A stretch of 64,000 nt of DNA from Candidatus Hydrothermarchaeum profundi (GTDB lineage Archaea > Hydrothermarchaeota > Hydrothermarchaeia > Hydrothermarchaeales > Hydrothermarchaeaceae), in assembly GCA_002011125.2 (NCBI GenBank), contig MTMF02000009.1, positions 1,672,989 to 1,736,988 on the forward strand. The letters are read 5' to 3'. Below, one piece after another: positions 29,508-40,829 of the stretch. Position numbers and translations under genes: made by a program. Every line of letters starts with the position of its first letter. Position 1 is the first letter of the stretch. A model generated the notes under the pieces. It worked only from the letters and a program-made list of their open reading frames with translations, did not search any database and was not told the origin of the DNA.

Positions 29508-30755
29508 TTATAACACCATCTTAGTTTCTCTTAGCCATCTTAGATCATGAGAGAAGAGATATCTTATATCGTCAACGCCTAGCTTAAACATCGCCAGCCT
29601 ATCAATACCTATCCCCCATGCTATCACAGGCACATCTATACCCAAGGGCTTAGTTAGCTCCTCTCTAAATATCCCTGAGCCTCCAAACTCGATCCATCCC
29701 ATCTCAGGGTGATATGCCGAAAGTTGAACAGATGGCTCTGTGAAGGGATAATAATCTGGGAAAAACTTAACTTTTTCTGCTCCGGCTATCTCTTTCGCAA
29801 ATATTTCCAGGATGCCTAACAGATTTTTGAGGTTTAGGGATTCATCTATAACTATACCCTCCGCTTGATTGAATTCTATTAAATGAGTAGCGTCTAAGAC
29901 ATCAGGCCTATAGCACCTAGCGATAGCAAAATATTTTCCAGGTATTTCAGGATTAGAAGCTAGAGTTCTTGCTGATAGGCATGTTCCATGAGCTCGGGGC
30001 AAAAGCCGCATAGCCTTACGGGGGTCCCATTTATACCGCCATCCCTTAGATCCAGTAATCCAGCCATCTTCGTGGCATGCTTTGACCTGTTCCACTATTT
30101 CCTCCCTCGGCAGTTTTCCTATTTTAGGATACTTCAACTGATATGTGCTAGTCCAATCTCGCGCTGGATGGTCCTGAGGCTGGTAGAGTGCATCAAAATT
30201 CCAGAATTCAGTTTCTATGAGAGGTCCAACCATCTCCTTAAATCCCAATTCAACAAGTTTTCTCTTTATTTTTGCTACGAATTGTAGATAAGGCTGTCTT
30301 TTACCGGGATAGATTTTTTTACCCGGAACCTCGACATTATATGGTTTAAAGCTTACTTCTCTCCATAAACCGGTTTTTATTAGTTCCTCAGTTAGGTGGG
30401 TTACTTCCTTGCCCGAAAGCTTCTTAGCCTTCTTGTATATATCCTCCCTTACCTTCCTTACCAGTTTCCTAGATAAAAGAAGAGATAGTATATCGCTACT
30501 AACCTCCTCCCCTTGGGATATTTTTTTAAGAGCCTCTTCTTCAGGTATAGTCTCCGGTTTTTTAAGAGGGGTTATCTTGCCATCTTTTATTGTGATCCAC
30601 CCTTTTTTCTTAGCCCATTGGAGCGCTACTGCAAGATTTTCTATTTTACCTTGAGCTTCTCTAATAGGCAAGGGAGCCTCCAAGGTTTCAATAAGATTTT
30701 TTTCAGGTAAACCCTCCCTCAAATACTTCCAGCCTTCCTCGGTTAGCTCGTACAT
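29508..30755 (-). CDS. pheS: Phenylalanine--tRNA ligase alpha subunit (archaeal)
   Basis: [40 protein letters not shown]. Confidence 0.96.
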   Translation of the reverse strand: MYELTEEGWKYLREGLPEKNLIETLEAPLPIREAQGKIENLAVALQWAKKKGWITIKDGKITPLKKPETIPEEEALKKISQGEEVSSDILSLLLSRKLVRKVREDIYKKAKKLSGKEVTHLTEELIKTGLWREVSFKPYNVEVPGKKIYPGKRQPYLQFVAKIKRKLVELGFKEMVGPLIETEFWNFDALYQPQDHPARDWTSTYQLKYPKIGKLPREEIVEQVKACHEDGWITGSKGWRYKWDPRKAMRLLPRAHGTCLSARTLASNPEIPGKYFAIARCYRPDVLDATHLIEFNQAEGIVIDESLNLKNLLGILEIFAKEIAGAEKVKFFPDYYPFTEPSVQLSAYHPEMGWIEFGGSGIFREELTKPLGIDVPVIAWGIGIDRLAMFKLGVDDIRYLFSHDLRWLRETKMVL

Positions 30756-30765
30756 TATATCAACA

Positions 30766-31074
30766 TCACTTCTTTTTCCGTTTTTTAGCCTTCTTTTTTT
30801 GAGCTTTCTTCACCGGTTTCTCTTTGCTTTCTACTGCGCTCTCCTCTTGATCGAAGTATATTATTGCGATTAGAATGAAAAGTACAGCGAAGGTTATATA
30901 GTAGTCATAAGAAGGGATGTCTTTCGCTACTGTGTAAACGGAAGCTAGGCCAAAAAGAACCCCTAAGCCAGAATAGAGCCAAAATATTTGCTCTTTTTTC
31001 ATCTCCCTCTCCAGGTAATACATGGTAACTATGACAATAGCCATTGCGATTATAAATGTGGTTTTTACGTCCAT
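30766..31074 (-). CDS. Small membrane protein with Lys-rich tail
   Basis: 3 hydrophobic segments, [13 protein letters not shown] end; lies in an operon-like run. Confidence 0.65.
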   Translation of the reverse strand: MDVKTTFIIAMAIVIVTMYYLEREMKKEQIFWLYSGLGVLFGLASVYTVAKDIPSYDYYITFAVLFILIAIIYFDQEESAVESKEKPVKKAQKKKAKKRKKK

Positions 31075-32084
31075 TCTTGGGTTCCTCTTCTACCTATTAT
31101 TGTTATCTCATTTCTTGTATTGTATTTTAGCTTTATTGTATCTAATACCTCTATTTCGCCTTTAGCTAACTCTTGTTTAACTTCCCTTAATACCAAATTT
31201 AAAGCTTGTGCCATAGGTGTCTTCTCCGCCGTCTTAACTGTGTGTATCAAAAAACCGCCCTCTTTTAAATACATTTTAGATAGTCTAGCGCTTAACTCCG
31301 CAGAGAGCCTAGGGTTTATGTTAGTGTCATTGGTAAGGATATCTACAGATTCATCCAAACATATATCCTCCGCTTTTGATTTAATGAAAAAAATGTTCTC
31401 TATACTTTTTACCTCATCAGCTAGCTCTGCATTATCGATTGATATAACTTTTCCAACTTTTTCAGAGAGAGCCCTACTCCATCCTCCCGGAGCAGCTCCT
31501 AAATCTAGTGCAGTGAAATTGCGGTTAAAAATCTCAGGAAACCTCGATATTACTTCCCTCATCTTAAGCTCGCTTCTGGAGATAGGCCGCTTACCTTTGG
31601 CCCATCTCTTTTTGACTTTAGGGGTTTTTCTCAGTATCTCACTAGGATTCAAAACACTTAGGCAGCTGTAGTCTTGTATTATATTGACAATAAACAAAAC
31701 TTCAGGATCCGATAGATTCACCTTCCCACCGAGATTTCGTATAAAGCTACCGACCTCTCTTTCGACATCTATAGACGTAAAGCTATGATGGCCTCTCCTA
31801 CTGCACTTGACTGCAAATTTCGCGTTAAAACGTTTTATTTTAAAAGATTCTTTGATTTCTTCTATCGCAGCACCAGTAATATAATCTACTGGTATAAGCT
31901 TGTGGATATACGTAGTATCTAACGTTCTAAAGAGGTTAAGAAATTCTTCTTTACTCAAATAGGTTTTGCCTAACAACAATCCCTTAAAATATGTAGTTCT
32001 AATGCTCCCAGATCCTAATGCTTCTTTTATCTCATCTATCGCTTCTTTTTCAAATCCGCTCGGCGTAGTTACTAAAAAATGCAC
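31065..32084 (-). CDS. THUMP + FtsJ-like 2'-O-methyltransferase (RlmM-like)
   Basis: THUMP (FAVKCSRRG..VNLSDPE), SRSELK, ALDLGAAPGGW, putative K-D-K-E tetrad. Confidence 0.8.
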   Translation of the reverse strand: MHFLVTTPSGFEKEAIDEIKEALGSGSIRTTYFKGLLLGKTYLSKEEFLNLFRTLDTTYIHKLIPVDYITGAAIEEIKESFKIKRFNAKFAVKCSRRGHHSFTSIDVEREVGSFIRNLGGKVNLSDPEVLFIVNIIQDYSCLSVLNPSEILRKTPKVKKRWAKGKRPISRSELKMREVISRFPEIFNRNFTALDLGAAPGGWSRALSEKVGKVISIDNAELADEVKSIENIFFIKSKAEDICLDESVDILTNDTNINPRLSAELSARLSKMYLKEGGFLIHTVKTAEKTPMAQALNLVLREVKQELAKGEIEVLDTIKLKYNTRNEITIIGRRGTQEWT

Positions 32085-33208
32085 TATCCTACCTCTACTA
32101 CTCTTGCTCTTTCAACTGCTTTATTAATAAGACCGTCTATAGCAGTGTCTTTTTCAGCCTCTATAACCTTCTCAAGTTTTGCTCTCGTTTCAGGATATTT
32201 AGGAGGACCCCAGCAACATGCGACCGTCTCGGTAGAAGGCTCATAGGTGCCTATTTTTTTTGCTATCCCTATTATTTCATTTTTATCGAAGGCTAAAAGA
32301 GGTCTAAATACAGGTATCTCAACCGCTCTATCTACTGCGTACAAGTTATCCATAGTTTGACTCGCTACTTGGCCTAGATTCTCCCCCGTCACTAGAGCCT
32401 TTGCTCCCTCCTTTTTTGCGATTTTCTCTCCAATCTTCAACATACTTCTCTTGCAAAGAACGCAGGTTAGTCTACCGCTTTCTCTAATCTTTGATAAGAC
32501 ATCCCCATAAGGAACCAAATAGGTTTTAATTTTCTGGTTTCTCCATTCCGCTAGCTTTTTTATAGTGTTAAACGCCCTTTCTCTTGCTCCTTCTCCGAAA
32601 ATCTCTGAGCTATCCATGTATAAGCATACCGGATCTACACCCCTTTTCATCATCATCCAAGTTGCGACGGGCGAATCTATTCCTCCACTCACCAGCGCGA
32701 TAGCCTTTCCCTGAGTACCAACTGGCAATCCTCCAACGCCTCGTATTATCTCATCAAAAATGTAAGCGTCTTCATTTCTAACTTCCACATAAATAGTTAT
32801 ATCAGGAGCCTTTAGATTCACCTTTGCAGAAGTTGCTTCCCTTATCGCCGCTCCTAATTTATTTTCTAGGTCTTTGCTAGTGTAGGGGAGGTCACCTACC
32901 CGCCGGGCTCTAACAGCAAAAGTTTTACCCGCATCAATCTTTTTTACAGCCAACTCAACGCCTATTTGGATTATTTCATCAAGATCCGAAGAGGTTTTTA
33001 AAGCTACAGACGTTGACACTACCCCAAACACCTTGGATATTTTCTCAGCATCTTCTCTGGAATCGGAATCTACGAAGATCCTCCCATATTCTCTGAATAC
33101 TTTAATTTCTCCTATAGCCTCCTTGATATTCTTTATAAGCCTAGCTTCAATTGTCCTTCTAGTCTGCCTAGATTTTGTTCCAATTTCGCCATATCTCACG
33201 ATAATCAT
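32084..33208 (-). CDS. thiI: tRNA 4-thiouridine(8) synthase
   Basis: RYGEIGTKS, THUMP, GGLPVGTQG, SGGIDSPV, CVLCKR, GENLGQVASQT; no rhodanese domain. Confidence 0.95.
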   Translation of the reverse strand: MIIVRYGEIGTKSRQTRRTIEARLIKNIKEAIGEIKVFREYGRIFVDSDSREDAEKISKVFGVVSTSVALKTSSDLDEIIQIGVELAVKKIDAGKTFAVRARRVGDLPYTSKDLENKLGAAIREATSAKVNLKAPDITIYVEVRNEDAYIFDEIIRGVGGLPVGTQGKAIALVSGGIDSPVATWMMMKRGVDPVCLYMDSSEIFGEGARERAFNTIKKLAEWRNQKIKTYLVPYGDVLSKIRESGRLTCVLCKRSMLKIGEKIAKKEGAKALVTGENLGQVASQTMDNLYAVDRAVEIPVFRPLLAFDKNEIIGIAKKIGTYEPSTETVACCWGPPKYPETRAKLEKVIEAEKDTAIDGLINKAVERARVVEVG

Positions 33209-33410
33209 AGGAGCAACTCACTCGAATACTTATTCCCAGCATGAGAATATTAAAACTTCCGTTTAAAAATGCTTCAGTATTTCCAGCTTAACGGATATTT
33301 TGTTATACAGATAGTTTAAAGTTTTTATGGGATATTTTTTAGCCAGAATATTTACATGCAAAATTTTATAAAGAATAAAAGTGATAGTGATGCTACTGTT
33401 TTTAGAATTC

Positions 33411-33439
33411 AACCAGATTTAGCGTAGCTAATTCTGGTT
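33411..33439. promoter_or_regulatory. 13-bp inverted repeat in the purA leader
   Basis: AACCAGATTTAGC-GTA-GCTAATTCTGGTT (one mismatch), just before the GAAGGTGA SD. Confidence 0.5.
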
Positions 33440-33459
33440 ATTGTAGTGAAGGTGAAATC

Positions 33460-34470
33460 GTGGCAACAATATTAGTTGGAGGACAGTGGGGAGATGAGGG
33501 GAAAGGGAAGATTGTGAGTTATCTTTGTCTTAAAGATAAGCCAGACATCATTGCTAGAGCCGGAGTAGGGCCTAATGCCGGTCACACTGTGATATATAAG
33601 GGCAAAAAGTATCCCCTCAGACTTACTCCATCCGGATTCATCTATGAAAAAGCTCGCCTCTTGATAGGAGCAGGCGTATTAGTAAACCCAGAGGTTATAC
33701 TGAAAGAAATCCAAGACCTGGGCATCTCAGATAGGATAGGCATAGACAAGAGATGCGGTATAATCGAGGAGAAACACATTAAAAGAGACAAGAGTTCTGG
33801 ACATCTAGCTAAAACCATCGGTAGTACAGGCACAGGCTGTGGACCTGCCAATATTGATAGAGCAAACCGGAGTTTAAAATTGGCTCAGGATATCGAGATT
33901 CTCAAGCCCTATTTGACAGATGTCCCCTTAGAAATAAACCAGGGGTTAGATAATGGAAAAAAAGTACTAGTAGAAGGTTCTCAAGGATTTGGCCTCAGCC
34001 TATTTTATGGCACTTACCCTTATGTGACTTCTAAGGATACAAACGCAGGGATGGCAGCTGTCGATGTAGGAATAGGGCCGCGCAGAGTCAAGGATGTTAT
34101 AGTTGTTTTTAAGACTTTTCCTAGCCGTGTAGGAGAGGGACCTTTTCCGACAGAGATGACGATGGAAGAAGCCGAGAGACTTGGAATAGTAGAATATGGA
34201 ACAGTCACTGGTAGGAGAAGGCGCTCCGGTAGATTTGATTTTGAGATGGCTAAGTATTCTGTGATGATAAACTCAGCTAGCCAAATTGCTTTGACCTGCC
34301 TTGACTACCTTGATAGAGAAATTAAGGGAGTTAAGTCTTACGACGAGCTTTCAAGTAAAGCTAAAAGTTTCGTAGAAGAAGTGGAGAAAAAAATGGGAGT
34401 CCCTGTAACCCTTATTTCAACGGGACCTGATATAGAGGAAACAATAGATCTAAGGGAAGAAAAGCTATGA
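33460..34470 (+). CDS. purA: Adenylosuccinate synthetase (short archaeal type)
   Basis: [39 protein letters not shown]. Confidence 0.97.
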   Translation: MATILVGGQWGDEGKGKIVSYLCLKDKPDIIARAGVGPNAGHTVIYKGKKYPLRLTPSGFIYEKARLLIGAGVLVNPEVILKEIQDLGISDRIGIDKRCGIIEEKHIKRDKSSGHLAKTIGSTGTGCGPANIDRANRSLKLAQDIEILKPYLTDVPLEINQGLDNGKKVLVEGSQGFGLSLFYGTYPYVTSKDTNAGMAAVDVGIGPRRVKDVIVVFKTFPSRVGEGPFPTEMTMEEAERLGIVEYGTVTGRRRRSGRFDFEMAKYSVMINSASQIALTCLDYLDREIKGVKSYDELSSKAKSFVEEVEKKMGVPVTLISTGPDIEETIDLREEKL

Positions 34471-36083
34471 CTAATTTCATAATTATAACCGGGGGAGTCC
34501 TCTCAGGATTAGGGAAAGGAGTTAGCACTGCAGCAATAGGTAAAATCCTTTCCAGCAGGGGGATTTCTGTAGACGTTTGTAAGATAGACCCGTACCTCAA
34601 CGTAGATCCAGGACTTATGAACCCCTTCCAGCATGGAGAAGTGTGGGTTACTAAAGATGGATATGAAGCTGATCTCGATTTTGGTCATTATGAACGCTTT
34701 CTTGATGTCGAGTTAGGCCGGGATCATAATATAACCACAGGAAAAGTTTATCTTTCGGTTTTAGAAGGCGAGAGAAAGGGGAAATACCTTGGTCAAACAG
34801 TACAGATTATCCCTCACGTTACCGATGAGATTAAAAGGCAGATATATGAAATAGCTAGGATTAACAACCCGGATGTCCTATTAGTTGAGATAGGTGGTAC
34901 TACTGGAGACATAGAAAGCATGCCTTTCCTCGAGGCTATGCGGCAAATGAGGATGGAGATGGGCAAAGAAAATGTTCTCTTTGTCCATGTTACCCTAGTA
35001 CCCACCCTAAAGGCTGTAGGAGAACAGAAAACTAAGCCCACACAGCATAGTGTTAAAGAGCTCAGAGGTATAGGTATACAACCTGATATCCTCATATGCC
35101 GTACCGAAGAAGAACTTTTAGAGGCAACTAAAGCAAAACTGGCCTTATTTTGCGATGTAAGTAAGCTAGATGTGATTAGCAATCATGATGTAGATACCAT
35201 TTATGAGGTACCCTTAGTTATGGAAAAGCAGGGGCTAGGGGATAACATTCTAAGTAAGCTGAATTTAAGGGAAAGAAAACATGACCTTAAAGATTGGGAG
35301 AAACTAGTTTATAAAATTAAAAATCCTAAGACAAATGTAAGTATCGCGGTAGTTGGTAAATATACAGGCCTACGAGACTCGTATATTAGTATAACCGAGG
35401 CTTTGAGGCATGCTGGAACTGCTAATGATGCACGAGTTGACATTCTTTGGGTAGAATCTTTAGATCTCGAGGAGGATCCATCTAAGGTATGGGAATTGGA
35501 AAAAGCTGACGGCATCTTAGTTCCAGGAGGATTTGGTAAGCGAGGGGCAGAAGGGAAGATTCTTGCCATTAAATATGCGAGAGAAAATAATATACCCTAC
35601 CTTGGTATCTGTTTTGGCTTCCAGCTGGCAGTAGTAGAGTTTGCTAGAAATGTGGCAGGACTTAAAGGAGCCAATAGCGTAGAGCTTGATGAAGATACGC
35701 CTCATCCGGTAATAGACCTGCTTCCAGAACAAAAGAGAGTGAAACAGATGGGAGGAACAATGAGGCTTGGAGAGATTCCCATTATAATAGAACCAGATAC
35801 CTTGGCTTACGAGATATATAAGAAGCAAAAAATTGGTGAACGACATAGGCACAGATACGAGGTAAACCCAGATTACATTGAGGAGCTGGAAAAACATGGG
35901 CTATGTTTTTCTGCAAAAAGTGACCGTGGGAGGAGAATGGAGATTCTAGAAATCCCTGATCACTTTCATTTCCTAGCTACTCAGTTCCATCCAGAGTTTA
36001 AGTCTCGGCCAATTAGGCCCGCACCTGTTTTCAAGGCTTTTGTGGAAGCGGCTCTACGGAGGAAAAATGATGTTCGATCCTAA
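34467..36083 (+). CDS. pyrG: CTP synthase
   Basis: [38 protein letters not shown]. Confidence 0.97.
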   Translation: MTNFIIITGGVLSGLGKGVSTAAIGKILSSRGISVDVCKIDPYLNVDPGLMNPFQHGEVWVTKDGYEADLDFGHYERFLDVELGRDHNITTGKVYLSVLEGERKGKYLGQTVQIIPHVTDEIKRQIYEIARINNPDVLLVEIGGTTGDIESMPFLEAMRQMRMEMGKENVLFVHVTLVPTLKAVGEQKTKPTQHSVKELRGIGIQPDILICRTEEELLEATKAKLALFCDVSKLDVISNHDVDTIYEVPLVMEKQGLGDNILSKLNLRERKHDLKDWEKLVYKIKNPKTNVSIAVVGKYTGLRDSYISITEALRHAGTANDARVDILWVESLDLEEDPSKVWELEKADGILVPGGFGKRGAEGKILAIKYARENNIPYLGICFGFQLAVVEFARNVAGLKGANSVELDEDTPHPVIDLLPEQKRVKQMGGTMRLGEIPIIIEPDTLAYEIYKKQKIGERHRHRYEVNPDYIEELEKHGLCFSAKSDRGRRMEILEIPDHFHFLATQFHPEFKSRPIRPAPVFKAFVEAALRRKNDVRS

Positions 36084-36999
36084 GAAATTTATTGAGGACG
36101 CAATAAAAGAGATAAGAGAACAAGTCGATAACAAAACCGCTATCATAGCGTTGTCAGGGGGAGTAGATAGTTCAACCGCGGCAGTATTAGCCCATAAAGC
36201 TATTGGTAAACATCTAGTTGCGGTCTACGTAGATCATGGTTTCATGCGGAAAGGAGAGAAAGAAGAGGTAATATCGGTCTTCCGTAATAAGCTTGGAATG
36301 AACTTAGTAGTAGTAGATGCGAGAGAAAGATTTTTTAAAGCTCTAAAAAGGGTACGAGAACCCGAACAAAAAAGAAAAATAATTGGAGAGGAATTCATTA
36401 AAGTCTTCGAAGAAGAAGCTAGAAAAGTCGGTGCAGAGTTTTTAGTCCAGGGCACAATAGCTCCAGACTGGATCGAGAGTATGGGGGGGATAAAGAGCCA
36501 TCATAATGTGGCAGGTCTGCCTTCAGGCATGGTCCTGAAGTTATGTGAGCCTCTGCGAGATCTTTATAAAGACGAGGTAAGGAAAGTTGCACGAGAACTA
36601 GGGCTACCGCCTAGCATAACTGAGAGGATGCCGTTTCCAGGGCCGGGGTTAGCGGTTCGGGTTATCGGAGAAGTTACTCCGGAGAAAGTAGAAATTGTGA
36701 GGCTTGCTAACGCTATCGTAGAAGAGGAGATCTCAAAAGCAGGGCTTCAGCCCTGGCAGGCTCTAGCATGCTTATTGGAAGGAAAAACTGTTGGAGTAAA
36801 AGGGGATATCCGGGACTATGGGTATACGATAGCAGTTAGGGCTGTCGAATCGGTTGATGCTATGACGGCTAATGCCATGGAACTTCCATGGGAAGTGCTT
36901 AAAAGGATTCAGAAAAGGATTACTAGGGAGATCCCTGATGTTACTAGGGTTTTGTATGATATAACTGATAAACCCCCCGCTACTATTGAGTTTGAGTAA
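36067..36999 (+). CDS. guaAB: GMP synthase subunit B (ATP pyrophosphatase)
   Basis: [32 protein letters not shown]; no GATase domain; start at 36067 or 36070. Confidence 0.95.
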   Translation: MMFDPKKFIEDAIKEIREQVDNKTAIIALSGGVDSSTAAVLAHKAIGKHLVAVYVDHGFMRKGEKEEVISVFRNKLGMNLVVVDARERFFKALKRVREPEQKRKIIGEEFIKVFEEEARKVGAEFLVQGTIAPDWIESMGGIKSHHNVAGLPSGMVLKLCEPLRDLYKDEVRKVARELGLPPSITERMPFPGPGLAVRVIGEVTPEKVEIVRLANAIVEEEISKAGLQPWQALACLLEGKTVGVKGDIRDYGYTIAVRAVESVDAMTANAMELPWEVLKRIQKRITREIPDVTRVLYDITDKPPATIEFE

Positions 37000-38473
37000 C
37001 ATTAATCTCGCCAATCCAGACGTCACTTATCACTTCTCTTCGAAGAGCAAATACTAGCAGTTTTCCTGTGTGAGGATAACTTGCTACCACGGATATTGAG
37101 ATGTTCTTTTCTTCACCAGGCAACACTTCTGTATCATAAGTCTTCCATATACCTTTTGCAATATGAGTGCGACTTAAAAATATACTCGTACTTCCCCCGG
37201 TTCTCAAGATCTGTGGCATATCGCCTTCGAATAATAGCAAGGAGATATTACCCCCTTTTTCTCCCATATTCTTTATCCTTATAAGTATTTGCGAGGTTTT
37301 ATTGACTTTCATTTCAGGTATCTTAACATCTAGTATTTTCGGAGATATCCTAAGTCCCTTGACGGTAGCATTTACTACTTTACTGTCAATCAAATCGTTA
37401 AAGTAATATAGATCTACTCCAAACCGCCTCTCCCCCGGCTGCCCGAAAGAAGCATTATAGAAATACGTTAAGTTAGTATGGGGATCAAGAGCAACAGATG
37501 CCTGGGTTATTGCGCCGGTAGTGCTCGAGAAAACCAACAAAAGTTGCATCGAGAAATTTTCCCTATTTTCTATATCGAATATTAGCGTATTATCCTCCCC
37601 TGCATATAATTCCGGGATATGGATATCTGTAATCCTCACGTTTGGCTTTCTCACGATTAGTGTGGAATTTTTTTGCGTTAATACCTGCCCTCTCCATAAA
37701 ATGACAGAAGTATAATCCTGTTTTCCACTTTTATGCGGTGTTATATTGAGATAATAAATATTCCTACCTCTAGGTAGATATAGCCCCTGCCTCCTAATCC
37801 CACCACCTTCAGAAGAGATGACAATAGTAGTATTCACTCCCACTATCCCCTTATTGATAAGTTCTAAAGCAACTGTGGCATTTCTGCCTAATACTACATC
37901 CCCCTCTACATGCATATCAACTATTTCTACCTCTGGTGGCGCAGTACCAGATAAGACGGGAGTAATGCTGCCTTCTATCACTGCTCCTACCACCAGAACA
38001 AGTGCAACGACTATGAAATACTTTAGGGGTATTACATCATCCCGCTCTAGTCCTTCAATATTACGTAATCCTATCGCTCCACTTACGATTATAGCAGGTA
38101 TCTCCAGTATCCCATGGGGGAGAATGCTTAATAGGGTCTGTGAAATCCCTATCTTTAAGGTAGCTCCAATGAAAAAGCCTGTTGTAAACCCGTTTAAAAA
38201 TAAGATAACTGTGGGCATGAGATATATTAAAGCAGCGCCTCCAGGATCTTTCTTAAGACCGAGTAATCTCCAAGCCAGTACTGGACCATACGCAGTAACG
38301 TAGGCTGCCAGAAGATTGTTTCCAATGATAATGAGCGTGTCCTGATTAAAGTCTACTAGGAGAAACTTCCAAGCAATGAAAGCCGGAGGCTCTTCTTTTA
38401 ATAAACCCACAATGATACCTAATAATAGTCCGCCAGTAAAGAGTATTGTTGCCGCCTTTATATGGGATTTCAT
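36983..38473 (-). CDS. SpoIIM-domain membrane protein with C-terminal Ig-like/CARDB-like repeats
   Basis: [22 protein letters not shown] (SpoIIM), then beta-rich repeats. Confidence 0.75.
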   Translation of the reverse strand: MKSHIKAATILFTGGLLLGIIVGLLKEEPPAFIAWKFLLVDFNQDTLIIIGNNLLAAYVTAYGPVLAWRLLGLKKDPGGAALIYLMPTVILFLNGFTTGFFIGATLKIGISQTLLSILPHGILEIPAIIVSGAIGLRNIEGLERDDVIPLKYFIVVALVLVVGAVIEGSITPVLSGTAPPEVEIVDMHVEGDVVLGRNATVALELINKGIVGVNTTIVISSEGGGIRRQGLYLPRGRNIYYLNITPHKSGKQDYTSVILWRGQVLTQKNSTLIVRKPNVRITDIHIPELYAGEDNTLIFDIENRENFSMQLLLVFSSTTGAITQASVALDPHTNLTYFYNASFGQPGERRFGVDLYYFNDLIDSKVVNATVKGLRISPKILDVKIPEMKVNKTSQILIRIKNMGEKGGNISLLLFEGDMPQILRTGGSTSIFLSRTHIAKGIWKTYDTEVLPGEEKNISISVVASYPHTGKLLVFALRREVISDVWIGEINVTQTQ

Positions 38474-38640
38474 GGCTAAAAAAATAAGTTAAAAGTATAT
38501 ATCCCTTTGGTAGCCTATTTCTGTAACTTATTGGAGGTATAAGAGTTTGTAATATACAAGGCCTTAAGCGATGCTAACAGCCGAATGCAAGACAACACAC
38601 CAAAGTTGCAAAGAATTCAAGAAGCGGTTTAGAAAAAATA

Positions 38641-39753
38641 TTAATCCTTAATAAAAATCCTTCCATTGTCTTTTTCAATAATTTTTCCTTTAACTTCAGT
38701 GTTTATTAGAACAATTGTTGAATTGCCTTTTGCTATAACATCTCCCCTTATTTTAGAATTTTTTATCTCAAAATAATTGTTTTCGTTTGCTATTACAACA
38801 TTAGAAACAATATTTTCATAGAATTGCCTGCCATTGCCCCCATTATGGTTTATGTCATCTATATCTGAATTTTTCACATAAAGTGTATTATCATCCCATA
38901 CATTGAAACACCATCCTCTTGAAGAAACATTCTCTAGATAAATTTCCGTGCCTCCATATTCTATTACTCTTTTCTCATACACCACGCCCTTTCTCAGATT
39001 ATTAAAATAAAAAGTTTCATTGATATATGGCCAAAGGATAGGCATACAGAAATTTACATCACGAGAATCACTAAGATAAACTTTCCCCCTAGGAGCTATA
39101 CCTATGCCCCAGTGAATAATATTAGAATCCTCTATATCAATTAAGTAGTTTATATTTTTCTCCCTCTCATTTGGGAATACAAATTTATCAACATACCCAG
39201 GGACTAAGTGAGATTCGTTAATTGTAGAATTCTCATAAACGTATAACTCTAATGCCAATTCATGTGAGTTTCTAATAATAAATTTTGGGCTATCACTAAT
39301 AGCAGTTCCTCCAAAATTAGTGTTATAAACATAAGCAGTAGCATTTTCAAAAAGTCCATGCCAAGGATTCCCACTATTTTTATTTGTATTATTGTAAATA
39401 ATCTGCGAATTTCCGCCAAAATCCCAATCAATCCAGCTACTGGTTCTAAGTATAGAATTCTCAAAAATTACCTTTGAACTGTCATTTGCTTTCAAAGTGT
39501 ATGCTTGCGCCCCATGACCTTCATGAGAAAAATAAGAATCCCGAACTATCAACTCTGCATTATCTGAGAGAATAATATCATTCCTTTGGATATATTTAGC
39601 GTCAATGATCTCAAGCCTTTGATTATCTGAAAGGATGAGAGGCTCTGTATTTATTATTTTTTTAGAATATTGCCATTCAGTAAAATATGCAACCACAAGA
39701 AATAGGAAGAATAAAAACAATAAAATTATTAGGATACCATGCTTTAAATTCAT
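38641..39753 (-). CDS. Secreted or membrane-anchored beta-helix-like hypothetical protein, AT-rich
   Basis: N-terminal TM; Asn/Ile/Ser-rich repeats (NAELIVRDS, SKVIFENS, STIVLINT). Confidence 0.7.
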   Translation of the reverse strand: MNLKHGILIILLFLFFLFLVVAYFTEWQYSKKIINTEPLILSDNQRLEIIDAKYIQRNDIILSDNAELIVRDSYFSHEGHGAQAYTLKANDSSKVIFENSILRTSSWIDWDFGGNSQIIYNNTNKNSGNPWHGLFENATAYVYNTNFGGTAISDSPKFIIRNSHELALELYVYENSTINESHLVPGYVDKFVFPNEREKNINYLIDIEDSNIIHWGIGIAPRGKVYLSDSRDVNFCMPILWPYINETFYFNNLRKGVVYEKRVIEYGGTEIYLENVSSRGWCFNVWDDNTLYVKNSDIDDINHNGGNGRQFYENIVSNVVIANENNYFEIKNSKIRGDVIAKGNSTIVLINTEVKGKIIEKDNGRIFIKD

Positions 39754-40053
39754 AACAATAAAATTATTTAATTCCTTAAAAAATCTCCTTTTTGAAGCGA
39801 ACTCCCGGGTTTCTGCTAACGAATATTTATAGAGCCAGATAACATGATTATTTTCTTAAACTCGTATATTGAAAAAGCTCTTAATCTAATGTTGGAGAGG
39901 CATATATTAGTAGGTAGACAAGAAGTATTCTTGCCAAATAGACAAGTTTTTCTCTGGTTTTGAAAGGATTTCTAAAATCTAGCAAAACTTAGGTGAGATT
40001 TGCTTTCGTACCCAGATAAAAGCAAACAACATTAAGTTAACAAAACCGGTAGC

Positions 40054-40788
40054 CTAGCGCGCCTCTTGATTTATAATTTTTAGGAAAAGTTCCTCGTATT
40101 CGTGAGGTTCTATCAGAAACCTGAGATAGGATGGGTTCTTCCTTATTAGTCCATACATTTCACGGTTCTTTTTAAGCCCTATCTCAGAATAATTAGCAGG
40201 CTTTATAAATCGTAATTCCGGTATTTCTCCATAGTTAGTGTTTTTCACAAATCTATGTCCCTCTATCTCGAAATAAGCGGCTCCCCCTCTCTTCTTGTAC
40301 GGTTCATAGATAGAGGAGAAATGTCTAGCTACAAAGTTAGCCATCTTTAAAACCTTATTAGAGGGATTCACAGTTACATGACCATAATTTGGAGGCACGA
40401 TGACCTTATCGCCTTTGCCTGCTTTAACCACAGCAACATCGAGTAATCTGCCGTTCTCTTCTTTCTGGAGGATATAGTGGGCTTCACCCTCCAATACTTC
40501 GTAAACCTCGGTATATGATAGGGAGGTACCTTGAATTAGGGGATGGTAGTGACCTAAGGTCTTAACGAATTCCTTTCCCAGCATCCCAGGGGGTATAACA
40601 GTTATATCGTATCTCAAGCCATTGTCAAGCAGGATTTCCCTATCTCTTTTACTGAGATATAGGTCCCTATACATATAGTATACTTCAAAATCATCGGCCC
40701 TAGCTAACCAATCTTTATCGTAGATTACATCCCGTAAGTTGTATAACCTCCTCACATCTGATGCTATCTCTCGATTTCCTAATCGCAT
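40054..40788 (-). CDS. Cupin-type glucose-6-phosphate isomerase family protein
   Basis: YYMYRD, LRYDITVIPPG, KTLGHYHP, EVYEVLEG, VPPNYGHVTVNP; start at 40788 or 40809. Confidence 0.88.
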   Translation of the reverse strand: MRLGNREIASDVRRLYNLRDVIYDKDWLARADDFEVYYMYRDLYLSKRDREILLDNGLRYDITVIPPGMLGKEFVKTLGHYHPLIQGTSLSYTEVYEVLEGEAHYILQKEENGRLLDVAVVKAGKGDKVIVPPNYGHVTVNPSNKVLKMANFVARHFSSIYEPYKKRGGAAYFEIEGHRFVKNTNYGEIPELRFIKPANYSEIGLKKNREMYGLIRKNPSYLRFLIEPHEYEELFLKIINQEAR

Positions 40789-40829
40789 TGTAAACTTATT
40801 TATGGCCATTTTATAAAGATAAGAAATTG

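Noticed and set aside
30988-31671. 227-aa + strand ORF and the many other short antisense ORFs in the track
   Set aside because: They are shadows of well-supported genes on the opposite strand and have no motifs
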